In this document: positions 53,973-61,667 of the stretch, piece by piece
How positions within the stretch are numbered: the stretch's first letter is position 1
Layout: every line of letters starts with the position of its first letter
Assembly (NCBI GenBank): GCA_036743055.1
Contig: DAINQE010000008.1
Coordinates: 5,058 to 66,724 of the forward strand
DNA: 61,667 bases
Reading direction: 5' to 3'
From: Candidatus Sabulitectum sp.
Lineage (GTDB): Bacteria > Fermentibacterota > Fermentibacteria > Fermentibacterales > JCC-6
Position numbers and translations under genes: made by a program
The notes under the pieces: generated by a model
Databases searched by the model: none
Seen by the model: the letters and a program-made list of their open reading frames with translations, nothing else
What the model was told of the DNA's origin: nothing

Positions 53973-54048
<76 letters not shown>

Positions 54049-54060
54049 ACCGGAGGCAGT

Positions 54061-54089
54061 AATTTACGGCTATTTGCGGCGATGGTCAA
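54061..54089 (-). promoter_or_regulatory. Putative tRNA-Phe promoter TTGACC-17 nt-TAAATT
   Basis: Minus strand reads TTGACC ATCGCCGCAAATAGCCG TAAATT. The -10 ends 12 nt upstream of the mature tRNA 5' end. Confidence 0.45.
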
Positions 54090-54132
54090 CCCCGGGGGGA
54101 GTCATTCATTCAACTCATTGCCATTTAATATT

Positions 54133-54303
54133 TTAGTCGCTCGTTCCATGGAGCTCTTCGAAGAACTCCTTGCCCACTCCGCACACCGGGCACTTCCAGC
54201 CGTGGGGAAGGTCCTTGAACGGGATCCCCGGTTCCACGCCGGAGGACTCGTCTCCCTTGGCTGCGCTGTACACATAACTGCACGCCTGGCATTCCCATAC
54301 CAT
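54133..54303 (-). CDS. Rubredoxin
   Basis: [50 protein letters not shown] has two CxxC pairs and the conserved aromatic/Gly pattern. GGAGGA RBS; the ATG lies 1 nt after the upstream stop. The track ORF was trimmed. Confidence 0.9.
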   Translation of the reverse strand: MVWECQACSYVYSAAKGDESSGVEPGIPFKDLPHGWKCPVCGVGKEFFEELHGTSD

Positions 54304-54304
54304 A

Positions 54305-57055
54305 TCATTCCTCCGGGTCCTGAAGAAGGATGAACGGGCGCTCCACACCGGCCCTCAGCCTGGTCGTGGTGAACAAGGCGCAGTTGCCTCCTGTGTAGCT
54401 CTCCAGGGCGTAGAAGGCTTCATCCTCCAGTGCTGCATCCCCGACGCCCCTGAGCAGGATGAGGGAGAAGGGAAGCTCCTCGTCACCGGTGAGGATCACC
54501 CCGGGTTCATCATCCAGGAACTCCACCAGATCCACTGCGGACATGGAGGGGGCTACCACACCGGACACGCCAGCCTCGGCTGCCCTGGAGGCGTACGATG
54601 AGGTAAGGGGGCCTTTGAGGAGCATCACCGCGCCCTTCTGCGGGTCTCCGGTTGCAAGGGCTCCCCAACTGGTTCTACCGAACCCGGCTATGCCCTGGAC
54701 CTTGGCGCCTGTGCAGGATATCGTCGCGGAAATGTTCTTCTTTACGGCGGTGACCCTTCCGGAAACGGGTGAGAGCATCATAACCGGGTTGAGGAGGTAC
54801 TGTATCTTCACCACTCCTGTTTTACCGTCTATCTCCATGACCGTGCCTGTAGCCGGGGATTTCACGGCCTTAAGACCGCTGCCCACCGCAAGGTGCTGGC
54901 CGATATGGACGAACTCGCCTTGGCGCACCTTCATGATGGCCTTTATCCGATTGGGTTTCACCCCGAGAAGCCTTGCCACGTTCACGAAGTGGGGTTTGGC
55001 GTCGTAGTCCTGGATCTCCTTCATGATCACCATGCCCGGGGGGGTTACCGAGGTGACCTCTCCCCTTACCGGACTGTTAACCTTGATATTGACGGCAAGC
55101 AGACCGGAACCTGTCTTCATGGAGAGGATCTTCTGCCCGGTGGAAACGCTGTCGCCGGGCTTCACGGTGATACCCTCCATGACCATCCCGTCGGTAACGC
55201 CCTTCCTCTGGTAACCCACCCTGTCCCTTACGTCCACGAAGTATACCGAGGGAGGGGCCAGGCTGTTCTCCCCCACCGGATCCCCTGCCTCAACGGAGTC
55301 CGATTCCTTCACCAGGATATCCCCCTGGTAGGCCAGGGAAAGCTCTTTCTCCACCGTATCGTTCTCAGGCATGGGTGAAGGTCCCGCGGGGAGGATAACC
55401 TCCTCCCTCGGAAGGGCTCTCTCCGTCTTGAGGTCCATGGGCAGTACCTCATTGCCGAAACGCATGTCCACCAGCAGCGGAGAATCGTCCTGGGGAAGCT
55501 CAACGCCGGGAATTGATACACCCTGCGAGCTTTCCAGGTAGAGGAATCCTCCGCTCTTCACCTTGATGGTCCTGTCGGATGTGGTCACCTGGAGGCTGCG
55601 CTTTTTTCTCACCGGAGAGTAGACCCTGCAGACGGTTGCCAGGCATTCCCTTTCGTAGTAGTCCAGGGCCTCTTCCGGGAATTCCCGGGAAAGCACGCCC
55701 ATGTGAGGGCTGTGGAAGTGCCTGTCGATCATCAGGGTGGTAAGGCCCTTCGGTCTGAATCCCATGGCGAGGATCCAGGCGGCCCTTCGGGGAGAGGAAT
55801 GGGCCATTATCCCACCGGCGCCTATGATCACGTCTATGTCCGATATCCTGAAGGAGTCGCCGTGGACCGTATCGAAGGCCAGGTCGAACCTGCACTTCCC
55901 CAGGTTCCTTAGCTTCTCCGAGAATCCCACCTGTGATCGGCGGTAACCCATTTCCAGGTGGTGCTTCCAGGCCAGGGCCATTCCCTCCGCCGCGGCAGCT
56001 CCTTCAACGACCTCCGCAGTGCCGCACCTGGGATTCTCCGTGGGGAAAAGGGTCTTCGAGAGTATCCAGTTCCTGGCGGTGCTCTTGTCAACCTCGGGTA
56101 TGTGCCTGAGGATCATATCGGGGCCAGCTTCCCTGACTATGTTGGAAAGGCTGTAGCTCATGCCGGTGTTCGCGGCAACGGTTCTCTGGAACTGCCCCTC
56201 CAGGCTGCTGAAGATGTCGGTGGTGGCTCCGCCCATGTCCGCCATAACCACCTTTTTCCCGGAGTGCTCGCTTACGAGCCTCAGAATCCTCTCAACTCCT
56301 GCCGGGGTGGGCATGATGGGTGCGGAAGTCATTTCCGAAAGCCTGGGATAGCCCGGGGCCATCTGCATCACATGGTCCATGAACAGCCGGTGAACCTCGC
56401 CGATCGCTGGACGCAGGTTGAACTTCGTGCCGGTGGGACGGATGTTTTCGGAGAAGGTAATGTCGAACTGTTCCCCCAGAAGACCCTGGATGAAGGGTCT
56501 GGCCTTCGTGTTGCCGCAGAAGACCAGAGGGAGCTTCCCCTTGCCGTACTTTGGCTGGGGGCGGGAGAGGGCAACCAGCTGAGCCATGTTAACTACCCCT
56601 GCTATAGCGCCGTCCTCGTAACCGCCGGCCATTATCACCAGGTCAGGTGACAGATGCTGCATTCGCCTTATCTTCTCGACCCTGGGGGTTTCGTCGTCGA
56701 TGGCGAAGGAATCCAGAACTACTCCACCGGCGCTGAACGCCGTGGCCTGGGCCATTTTTCCCGAGTCGCCGGATGCAAGGGCCACCACCAGTATCTGAAG
56801 GCCTCCTCCGGCTGAACTGGTTGTATGGAAGGGAACGGCAAGATCTCCGGAGTCGGTGGTCAGCTTTTCCCCAGTTGCCTCTTCAAGGGCCCTCAGTCCC
56901 TTGAAAAAGCCCTTGCATACGTCTTCTTCCGGTTTCTCCACCGTGGTGCCGGTCTCCCTGGAACCCAACGCTCTGAATCCCCCTTCGCCCCGTTCAAGCA
57001 GCAGGAGCTTGGTGGTTGTGCTGCCCACGTCACCTGCAAGAATCCTTCCGGTCAT
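54305..57055 (-). CDS. GlmL (glutamate mutase L / MutL)-family ASKHA ATPase-like protein fused to a roughly 430-aa C-terminal region with repeated barrel-sandwich (lipoyl/biotinyl-like) motifs
   Basis: N-terminal about 480 aa align by eye with Clostridium GlmL: [58 protein letters not shown]. The C-terminus has repeats such as [14 protein letters not shown]...[33 protein letters not shown]. Confidence 0.7.
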   Translation of the reverse strand: MTGRILAGDVGSTTTKLLLLERGEGGFRALGSRETGTTVEKPEEDVCKGFFKGLRALEEATGEKLTTDSGDLAVPFHTTSSAGGGLQILVVALASGDSGKMAQATAFSAGGVVLDSFAIDDETPRVEKIRRMQHLSPDLVIMAGGYEDGAIAGVVNMAQLVALSRPQPKYGKGKLPLVFCGNTKARPFIQGLLGEQFDITFSENIRPTGTKFNLRPAIGEVHRLFMDHVMQMAPGYPRLSEMTSAPIMPTPAGVERILRLVSEHSGKKVVMADMGGATTDIFSSLEGQFQRTVAANTGMSYSLSNIVREAGPDMILRHIPEVDKSTARNWILSKTLFPTENPRCGTAEVVEGAAAAEGMALAWKHHLEMGYRRSQVGFSEKLRNLGKCRFDLAFDTVHGDSFRISDIDVIIGAGGIMAHSSPRRAAWILAMGFRPKGLTTLMIDRHFHSPHMGVLSREFPEEALDYYERECLATVCRVYSPVRKKRSLQVTTSDRTIKVKSGGFLYLESSQGVSIPGVELPQDDSPLLVDMRFGNEVLPMDLKTERALPREEVILPAGPSPMPENDTVEKELSLAYQGDILVKESDSVEAGDPVGENSLAPPSVYFVDVRDRVGYQRKGVTDGMVMEGITVKPGDSVSTGQKILSMKTGSGLLAVNIKVNSPVRGEVTSVTPPGMVIMKEIQDYDAKPHFVNVARLLGVKPNRIKAIMKVRQGEFVHIGQHLAVGSGLKAVKSPATGTVMEIDGKTGVVKIQYLLNPVMMLSPVSGRVTAVKKNISATISCTGAKVQGIAGFGRTSWGALATGDPQKGAVMLLKGPLTSSYASRAAEAGVSGVVAPSMSAVDLVEFLDDEPGVILTGDEELPFSLILLRGVGDAALEDEAFYALESYTGGNCALFTTTRLRAGVERPFILLQDPEE

Positions 57056-57196
57056 TTCGACCCCCTATCCGGTTAGTAAGGGTGGATGATTGCGTCTGCT
57101 TGAATATATACACTCTCTCCCCTTTAGCATGTGCGCGAGTGTACTGTATGTTCTTCGGGGTATTCGGAACAACCGGTAAAATGAGGGGGAGGGATC

Positions 57197-58117
57197 ATGT
57201 GTGTTCACGCTGTCCTGGCGTCGGACCTTAAGAAATCCTACGGCACGGTTCAGGCACTCAGCGGAATGAGCTTCCAGGTGGAGCGTGGCGAGGTTTTCGG
57301 GATCGTGGGACCCAATGGTGCCGGGAAGACTACCACCATAGACTGCCTCGCCGGCATGAGAAAACCTGACTCTGGAACCATGTCCGTTCTGGGGCTGGAC
57401 CCCTCGAGGAACGGCAGGGAACTGAGAAAACGCATAGGCCTTCAGCAGCAGGAATCGGAACTCCCGGAAGGCATGAGGGTCTCTGAGGCCCTGGAACTCT
57501 TCGCCTGCCTTTTCGGCGCGAAGCCAAGGTCGAAGGAGCTTCTTGTCAGGGTCGGCCTTTCAGAGAAGGCACAGAGCCCTTTCTCAGCGCTTTCCGGCGG
57601 CCAGAAGAAACGGCTCTTTGTTGCCCTGGCCCTGGTGAACTCCCCTGAGCTGATCATACTCGACGAACTCACCAGCGGTCTTGACCCCGCAGGCAGAAGA
57701 CAGCTGTGGAACCTGGTCAATGAGTTCCGCTCCCCTGAGAGAACCGTGATACTCTCCACCCACTACATGGATGAGGCGGAGAAGCTCTGCGACAGGGTGG
57801 CTGTAATGGACAGGGGCAGGGTGGTGGCGGTGGACACCCCCAGGGCTCTGATAGAGACGTACTGCCCGGGAATGGTACTCACCCTGGAATGCGGCTCCGA
57901 TTTCCAGATCGGGAAAGCCCTTGCGGTAAACGGCGATCAAAAGGCGGTGATGAAGGACGAGTACTGCGTGATGGACCTGGCAGGTCCCGAGGTGGTGGTC
58001 CCTGTGATAAGGGAACTCTCCGGCGCCGGCGTGAACCTGGGAAACCTACACACCAAAACACCCACCCTGGAGGATGTGTTCCTGGTGGCAACGGGGAAGG
58101 AGTACTCCCATGAGTAA
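57197..58117 (+). CDS. ABC transporter ATP-binding protein (ABC-2/DrrA-like)
   Basis: Walker A GPNGAGKTT, Q-loop, signature LSGGQKKRL, Walker B LIILDELTSGLD, H-loop STHYMDEA. Confidence 0.93.
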   Translation: MCVHAVLASDLKKSYGTVQALSGMSFQVERGEVFGIVGPNGAGKTTTIDCLAGMRKPDSGTMSVLGLDPSRNGRELRKRIGLQQQESELPEGMRVSEALELFACLFGAKPRSKELLVRVGLSEKAQSPFSALSGGQKKRLFVALALVNSPELIILDELTSGLDPAGRRQLWNLVNEFRSPERTVILSTHYMDEAEKLCDRVAVMDRGRVVAVDTPRALIETYCPGMVLTLECGSDFQIGKALAVNGDQKAVMKDEYCVMDLAGPEVVVPVIRELSGAGVNLGNLHTKTPTLEDVFLVATGKEYSHE

Positions 58118-58850
58118 GACCCTGAAGCTCTGCGCAATGGAGCTTAAGCTCTACCTGAGGGAGCCCTCCGCGTTCTTCTTCACACTGATCTTTCCGCTGC
58201 TGCTGATGCTTCTCTTCGGAAGCATCTGGGGCAACGACCCGTTCCCCGAGGCGGACTACGGCTACATAGACGCTTTCACCTCTGCATTCATCGGCATCGT
58301 GATACTTACAGCAGGGATAAGCAACCTTACCATTGGGATAGCCACCTACAGGGAAAAGGGTATACTCAAGAGGTTCCGGGCCGCCCCCATTTCACCGGTC
58401 TCCTTCCTGCTGGCGCAGATGGGGGCCATCCTTGCGGTGAGCGCCATGGGCGTTATACTGCTGCTGATCGCCGGGAAAGTGATCTTCCACATGCAGTTCA
58501 GGGGAAACTCCCTTGAGGCCTTTGCCGCATTCTTCCTCAGCTGCTGCGGAATAGCCGGGCTGGGCTTCATTCCAGCCAGCCTTGCGAGAACCGCCAGGAG
58601 CGGAACGGTGATAGCAAACAGCCTCTACTTCCCCATGCTTTTCCTCTCCGGGGCAGCGCTTCCCAGACAGATGCTTCCCGATCTTCTGAAAAAGGTGTCG
58701 GAAGCCTTTCCCCTCACCCACTCCATCCGCATGATGCAGGGTATCTGGCTCGGAGACCCAATCACCGAGTACTGGGTTGAAATGGCTGTTCTGGGGGCCA
58801 CACTTGCCCTTGGGGGCTTCTTTGCGGGAAAGCTCTTCCGCTGGGACTAG
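58110..58850 (+). CDS. ABC-2 type transporter permease
   Basis: MSKTLKLCAMELKLYLREPSAFFFTLIFPLLLMLLFG..., 6 TM helices. The start overlaps the ATPase stop by 8 nt. Confidence 0.85.
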   Translation: MSKTLKLCAMELKLYLREPSAFFFTLIFPLLLMLLFGSIWGNDPFPEADYGYIDAFTSAFIGIVILTAGISNLTIGIATYREKGILKRFRAAPISPVSFLLAQMGAILAVSAMGVILLLIAGKVIFHMQFRGNSLEAFAAFFLSCCGIAGLGFIPASLARTARSGTVIANSLYFPMLFLSGAALPRQMLPDLLKKVSEAFPLTHSIRMMQGIWLGDPITEYWVEMAVLGATLALGGFFAGKLFRWD

Positions 58851-59278
58851 TTCCCGGGGGGATCGCCTGAGGCGTCGGTGTAGTACATGGTCACCCACAT
58901 ATCCCCGGAATCAGTGTGGAGGATGATGTCCCAGCTGTTCCAGCCGCTGCTTCCTGAACCGTACAGGAAGCTGCCCTCCGCGGGGATGCTGTCCCATGGG
59001 GATGGAAGCTCCTCCAGGAAGAGTACTGGATCCCATGTGCAGGGTTTCTCAACGGAGAGTCCGGCCTCGCCTGCGAAGGTGTAGACTGAATCCAGGGGAA
59101 CGGTGAAGTGGGATGTGAAGGCCAGGTCGGAATCGGTGAAGTGCTTAACGTTCTTCGAACCCCGGGGAAAGGTGAACCCGGCATGCTCCTCGATGTAGTT
59201 CGTGTAGTAGTCGCCTGACACGCAGCCCAGGGCGGTCGCCATCACAACAGCAGGCAGCAGAACCCTCAGCGCAAGCAT
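58847..59278 (-). CDS. Lipoprotein of unknown function
   Basis: MLALRVLLPAVVMATALGC lipobox, with a GGAGG RBS 5 nt upstream. The track ORF was trimmed from 59431. Confidence 0.6.
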   Translation of the reverse strand: MLALRVLLPAVVMATALGCVSGDYYTNYIEEHAGFTFPRGSKNVKHFTDSDLAFTSHFTVPLDSVYTFAGEAGLSVEKPCTWDPVLFLEELPSPWDSIPAEGSFLYGSGSSGWNSWDIILHTDSGDMWVTMYYTDASGDPPGN

Positions 59279-59382
59279 GACGCCTCCGTTCCCCTCCTGA
59301 GTAAAGATAAGAACGCGCTGAGAAATGGCAATGCCGGGAACGCATGGCGCCATGGGGTGTATAAGGTGCAAAGGAGGAAAAT

Positions 59383-59460
59383 ATGAAAAAGACACTGCTC
59401 GCACTGGCAGCTGCGCTTCTTCTAGCTTCATGCAGCGTGCCCGAGGGAAATCCAGGTTGA
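59383..59460 (+). CDS. Tiny predicted lipoprotein (25-aa precursor, 9-aa mature peptide)
   Basis: AAAGGAGGAAAATATG, then MKKTLLALAAALLLASC|SVPEGNPG and TGA. Perfect signal peptide II/lipobox; below the ORF-track size cut-off. Confidence 0.4.
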   Translation: MKKTLLALAAALLLASCSVPEGNPG

Positions 59461-59495
59461 GGCGCCTCGATTGAAACGGAACGGTCGGTTCCGGC

Positions 59496-59828
59496 TCAGC
59501 CCTGCTGAGGCTTCTTCAGCGAGGAGAGAACATAGAGAGCCCCGGGGATGCCCATAATGGGAAAGATCCAACCGCCGGGGAATCTGCCTGAGAAGGCCAT
59601 GTTAAGCCCGTAGAAGACGGCAATGCCCCCCAGTACCATAAGCCCCCCTGCTCTCTGGATCTTCCATCCAATGAGGTAGCCCGTCCAGACCACGAACACC
59701 GCAAGCATCATCACGCTCTCCCGAAGGGTGAAACCTCCGAAGTCCGATGAAGCCGCCTCCCCTGTGAAGATCACAAGTATGAGAACCGCAAGCAGCAGCG
59801 AGGTGATCCTGGCGGACCATTTCAGCAT
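59496..59828 (-). CDS. Small membrane protein (3-4 TM helices)
   Basis: MLKWSARITSLLLAVLILVIF...MLAVFVVWTGYLIGW...LMVLGGIAVFYGL...IFPIMGIPGALYVL. Start trimmed to the ATG at 59828; 59843 is an alternative. Confidence 0.55.
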   Translation of the reverse strand: MLKWSARITSLLLAVLILVIFTGEAASSDFGGFTLRESVMMLAVFVVWTGYLIGWKIQRAGGLMVLGGIAVFYGLNMAFSGRFPGGWIFPIMGIPGALYVLSSLKKPQQG

Positions 59829-59839
59829 GGCGCTACCTC

Positions 59840-60400
59840 TCATTTCTTCTTGAAGATGCCCCGCCAGCCGGTGGGCTCCAGGGCGTAGGGTATCTTGCCG
59901 CTTCCCAGGGTGCCAACGGCTTCCGTAACGAAATACACATCGGGATCTATCTTCCTGACTTGCTTCATTATCCCGGCGAACTGCTTCCTGGCGCATACGA
60001 TGTACAGCTCGGTAACTGTTCCCTGCATTCCCCTGCCCTGGAACTCCGTGACGCCGAAGCCCATCTTCCTGATGGCTTCCGCAAGCACAGGGGCTTTCTC
60101 CCTTGCCATTATCTTGATAACGATGCTGCCCATGGCAAGCCGTCGTTCAATGGTAATTCCCACAACGTTTCCCGTGGCGAATCCCAGGGCGTAGAACACC
60201 CCCAGGGCCGGGCTGGCCTGCACCTGGCCTATCACCGCGGAGATAACACCGATCCAAACGCTTATTTCAATGAAACCCAGCAGGAAGGCCAGAACGGTCC
60301 TCCCCTGTATGATGCTGATGGTCCTTATGGTGCCCAGGGACACGTCAAGCACCCTTGCAGCGAAAACCAGCAGCCCTGTGAGCAGTACGCCTGTATCCAC
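59840..60400 (-). CDS. UPF0316 / DUF2179-domain membrane protein
   Basis: N-terminal TM region with VLDVSLGTIRTISIIQGR motif and a C-terminal soluble DUF2179-like domain (...ELYIVCARKQFAGIMKQVRKIDPDVYFV). Confidence 0.8.
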   Translation of the reverse strand: MDTGVLLTGLLVFAARVLDVSLGTIRTISIIQGRTVLAFLLGFIEISVWIGVISAVIGQVQASPALGVFYALGFATGNVVGITIERRLAMGSIVIKIMAREKAPVLAEAIRKMGFGVTEFQGRGMQGTVTELYIVCARKQFAGIMKQVRKIDPDVYFVTEAVGTLGSGKIPYALEPTGWRGIFKKK

Positions 60401-60456
60401 GCCTCAAATCCTTTCAGTCTGATCCAAGGCCTGAATATACCAGTGCGAAAAGGGCT

Positions 60457-61667
60457 TCAGGTCTGTTTCTGCAGTGATCGGTCAGTCGCCGGGGTCTTAG
60501 AACGCCTTATCCGTGCGTCGCACAGGAAACCGCTCCTTTCACCGGCGCTGTCCCTGAACTGCTTCTTGAGGAGGGTGGTGGCGCAGTCCAGCACCATGGC
60601 CGGGGAAACTTCCTCATCCTGGTAGTTGTGATTCCCAGTAGCGGCCATGGATACCGTGCAGAGCGGAAAGGTCACCCTGGAGCCAGACCTGGTAACAAGC
60701 TCCATGCTGCCCCTCTCCTGCTCCTCCCAGCTGTAGAAGAGGCTTGCGCTCCTTCTGTCAAACTCCTTGCATAAGGCGTCCATGCAGTCCCCGGGAACCG
60801 GGGTGAAACTTACCACCGCGAACCTGTCCTGGTTCATCTGACCGATGAAGGCATCCCTCACATAGGTGCCTACATGCTTTTTGAGCAACTCCGAAAGCAG
60901 CAGTATCATCCGGTCCCCGCTCTGAAAGCCGTGGACCAGGTTGAACGCCCTGAAACCGTTGATGTTGGTGAGGAGAAGATTGAAGGCCTTCAGGGGTATG
61001 GCTTCGCTGAGCTTCCTGCGCACCGATACGTTCCCGGGAAGATCAGTAAGGGGGTCCAGGGCGCCGCTGTTGGTCCTTTCCGCCTCTATGGTCCTGTCCA
61101 GGAGGTTCTTCACCGTTACCGTTCCCACCAGGTCGCCGCACCAGTCCACCACCACCACTGGATCGTATACCCTTCCAGAGGACCTGCCCATGGCGGCCCT
61201 GGATACCTCGGTCACCCTCACTCCGTCCCCTGTGATCATTGGGTCATTCTGAGCCAGGGCGTCCACCGTCTCCCGCTGAAAAACGGAGTAGCCGAACCTG
61301 CCTCCGGTGTTCAGGTAGAAGCCCGTTCTTGTAACCAGCCCCACCGGTTTGCTGCTCTCCACCACCACAGCATGATCAACATCGGGGTTGTGCTGAAAGA
61401 TCCTGTCCATCTCCTCGCAGCTCACCGCACCCTTCTCCACCACCATGGGCATAAGGGCTACCTCCCCCACCGGGCGGTCGGACCCGGCCCTGTTTGTTGA
61501 AAGAAGCGCTGCGGCGGCCCGTAGGGAGGCGCTCTCGAAGTCTTCCTGTATCTCAGGGGGTCTTGTCTCTGGCCTGGCCGCGAGGTATCCCTGAACGAGC
61601 CTTATCCCCAGAGAGATGAGCACTTCAAGCTCGTCCCTGTCCTCCAGCCCCTTGGCAACCATCGAGG
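60457..61667 (-). CDS. c-di-GMP signalling protein fragment: C-terminal end of an EAL domain, CBS pair, degenerate GGDEF domain (N-terminus beyond right edge)
   Basis: VAKGLEDRDELEVLISLGIRLVQGYLAARPE (EAL C-terminal motif). CBS-like MPMVVEKGAVSCEEM...VVVESSKPVGLVTR and ...VVVVDWCGDLVGTVTVKNLL. GGDEF fold DPLTDLPGN...NINGFRAFNLVHGFQSGD, with the signature position reading NQDRF. Confidence 0.8.
   Translation of the reverse strand, partial: SMVAKGLEDRDELEVLISLGIRLVQGYLAARPETRPPEIQEDFESASLRAAAALLSTNRAGSDRPVGEVALMPMVVEKGAVSCEEMDRIFQHNPDVDHAVVVESSKPVGLVTRTGFYLNTGGRFGYSVFQRETVDALAQNDPMITGDGVRVTEVSRAAMGRSSGRVYDPVVVVDWCGDLVGTVTVKNLLDRTIEAERTNSGALDPLTDLPGNVSVRRKLSEAIPLKAFNLLLTNINGFRAFNLVHGFQSGDRMILLLSELLKKHVGTYVRDAFIGQMNQDRFAVVSFTPVPGDCMDALCKEFDRRSASLFYSWEEQERGSMELVTRSGSRVTFPLCTVSMAATGNHNYQDEEVSPAMVLDCATTLLKKQFRDSAGERSGFLCDARIRRSKTPATDRSLQKQT

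Noticed and set aside
59458-59460. TGA ending the mini-lipoprotein as a possible Sec codon
   Set aside because: The downstream frame closes after 15 codons with no recognisable protein. The nearby hairpin looks like a terminator rather than a SECIS.

Overview
This is a 61.7 kb, gene-dense, high-GC (about 60% by hand count) bacterial chromosomal segment. About 60 protein genes, often with overlapping stop/start codons, plus one tRNA. All calls come from reading the translations and DNA by eye; no searches were run. Three secreted proteases carry T9SS-type C-terminal sorting domains, which suggests (inference only) an uncultivated FCB-superphylum-like lineage. Content from left to right: VIT-domain fragment, EamA transporter, feoA-feoA-feoB-feoC iron uptake locus, and a kaiC-kaiB-hybrid histidine kinase operon divergent from a class II photolyase. 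Next come a C10 peptidase, pruA, two paralogous S8 peptidases flanking a CPA2 antiporter, mazG, lpdA, and TPR/tldD/pmbA. A long minus-strand cluster follows (ptsN-like, zinc ribbon, guaB, pseudokinase-like membrane protein, carD, hflX, UPF0104). Then a PAS/GAF sensor, queA-X-tgt-rlmD-like, a Wzi-like protein, an M16 peptidase, ygiQ, a PUR-like protein, TauE, and two GNATs. The right end holds selD, a GT4 glycosyltransferase, an AT-rich hipBA islet beside tRNA-Phe, rubredoxin with a giant GlmL-like protein, an ABC-2 exporter, small lipoproteins and an EAL-CBS-GGDEF fragment. Most notable findings: (1) selD is interrupted by an in-frame TGA exactly at the catalytic Cys/Sec position. It has a plausible SECIS hairpin and an unusual Cys-rich N-terminal extension; the ORF track truncates this gene. 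(2) A KaiA-less kaiCB operon is translationally coupled to a GAF-PAS-HK-REC kinase and sits next to a photolyase. (3) A roughly 2 kb low-GC hipBA islet is bounded by tRNA-Phe and a degenerate copy of the tRNA 3' end, with three operator palindromes spaced exactly 49 bp apart. (4) An orphan 916-aa GlmL-family protein is coupled to rubredoxin. (5) A conserved 18-bp palindrome lies in front of both feoA genes. I did not recognise any CRISPR array, rRNA or transposase.
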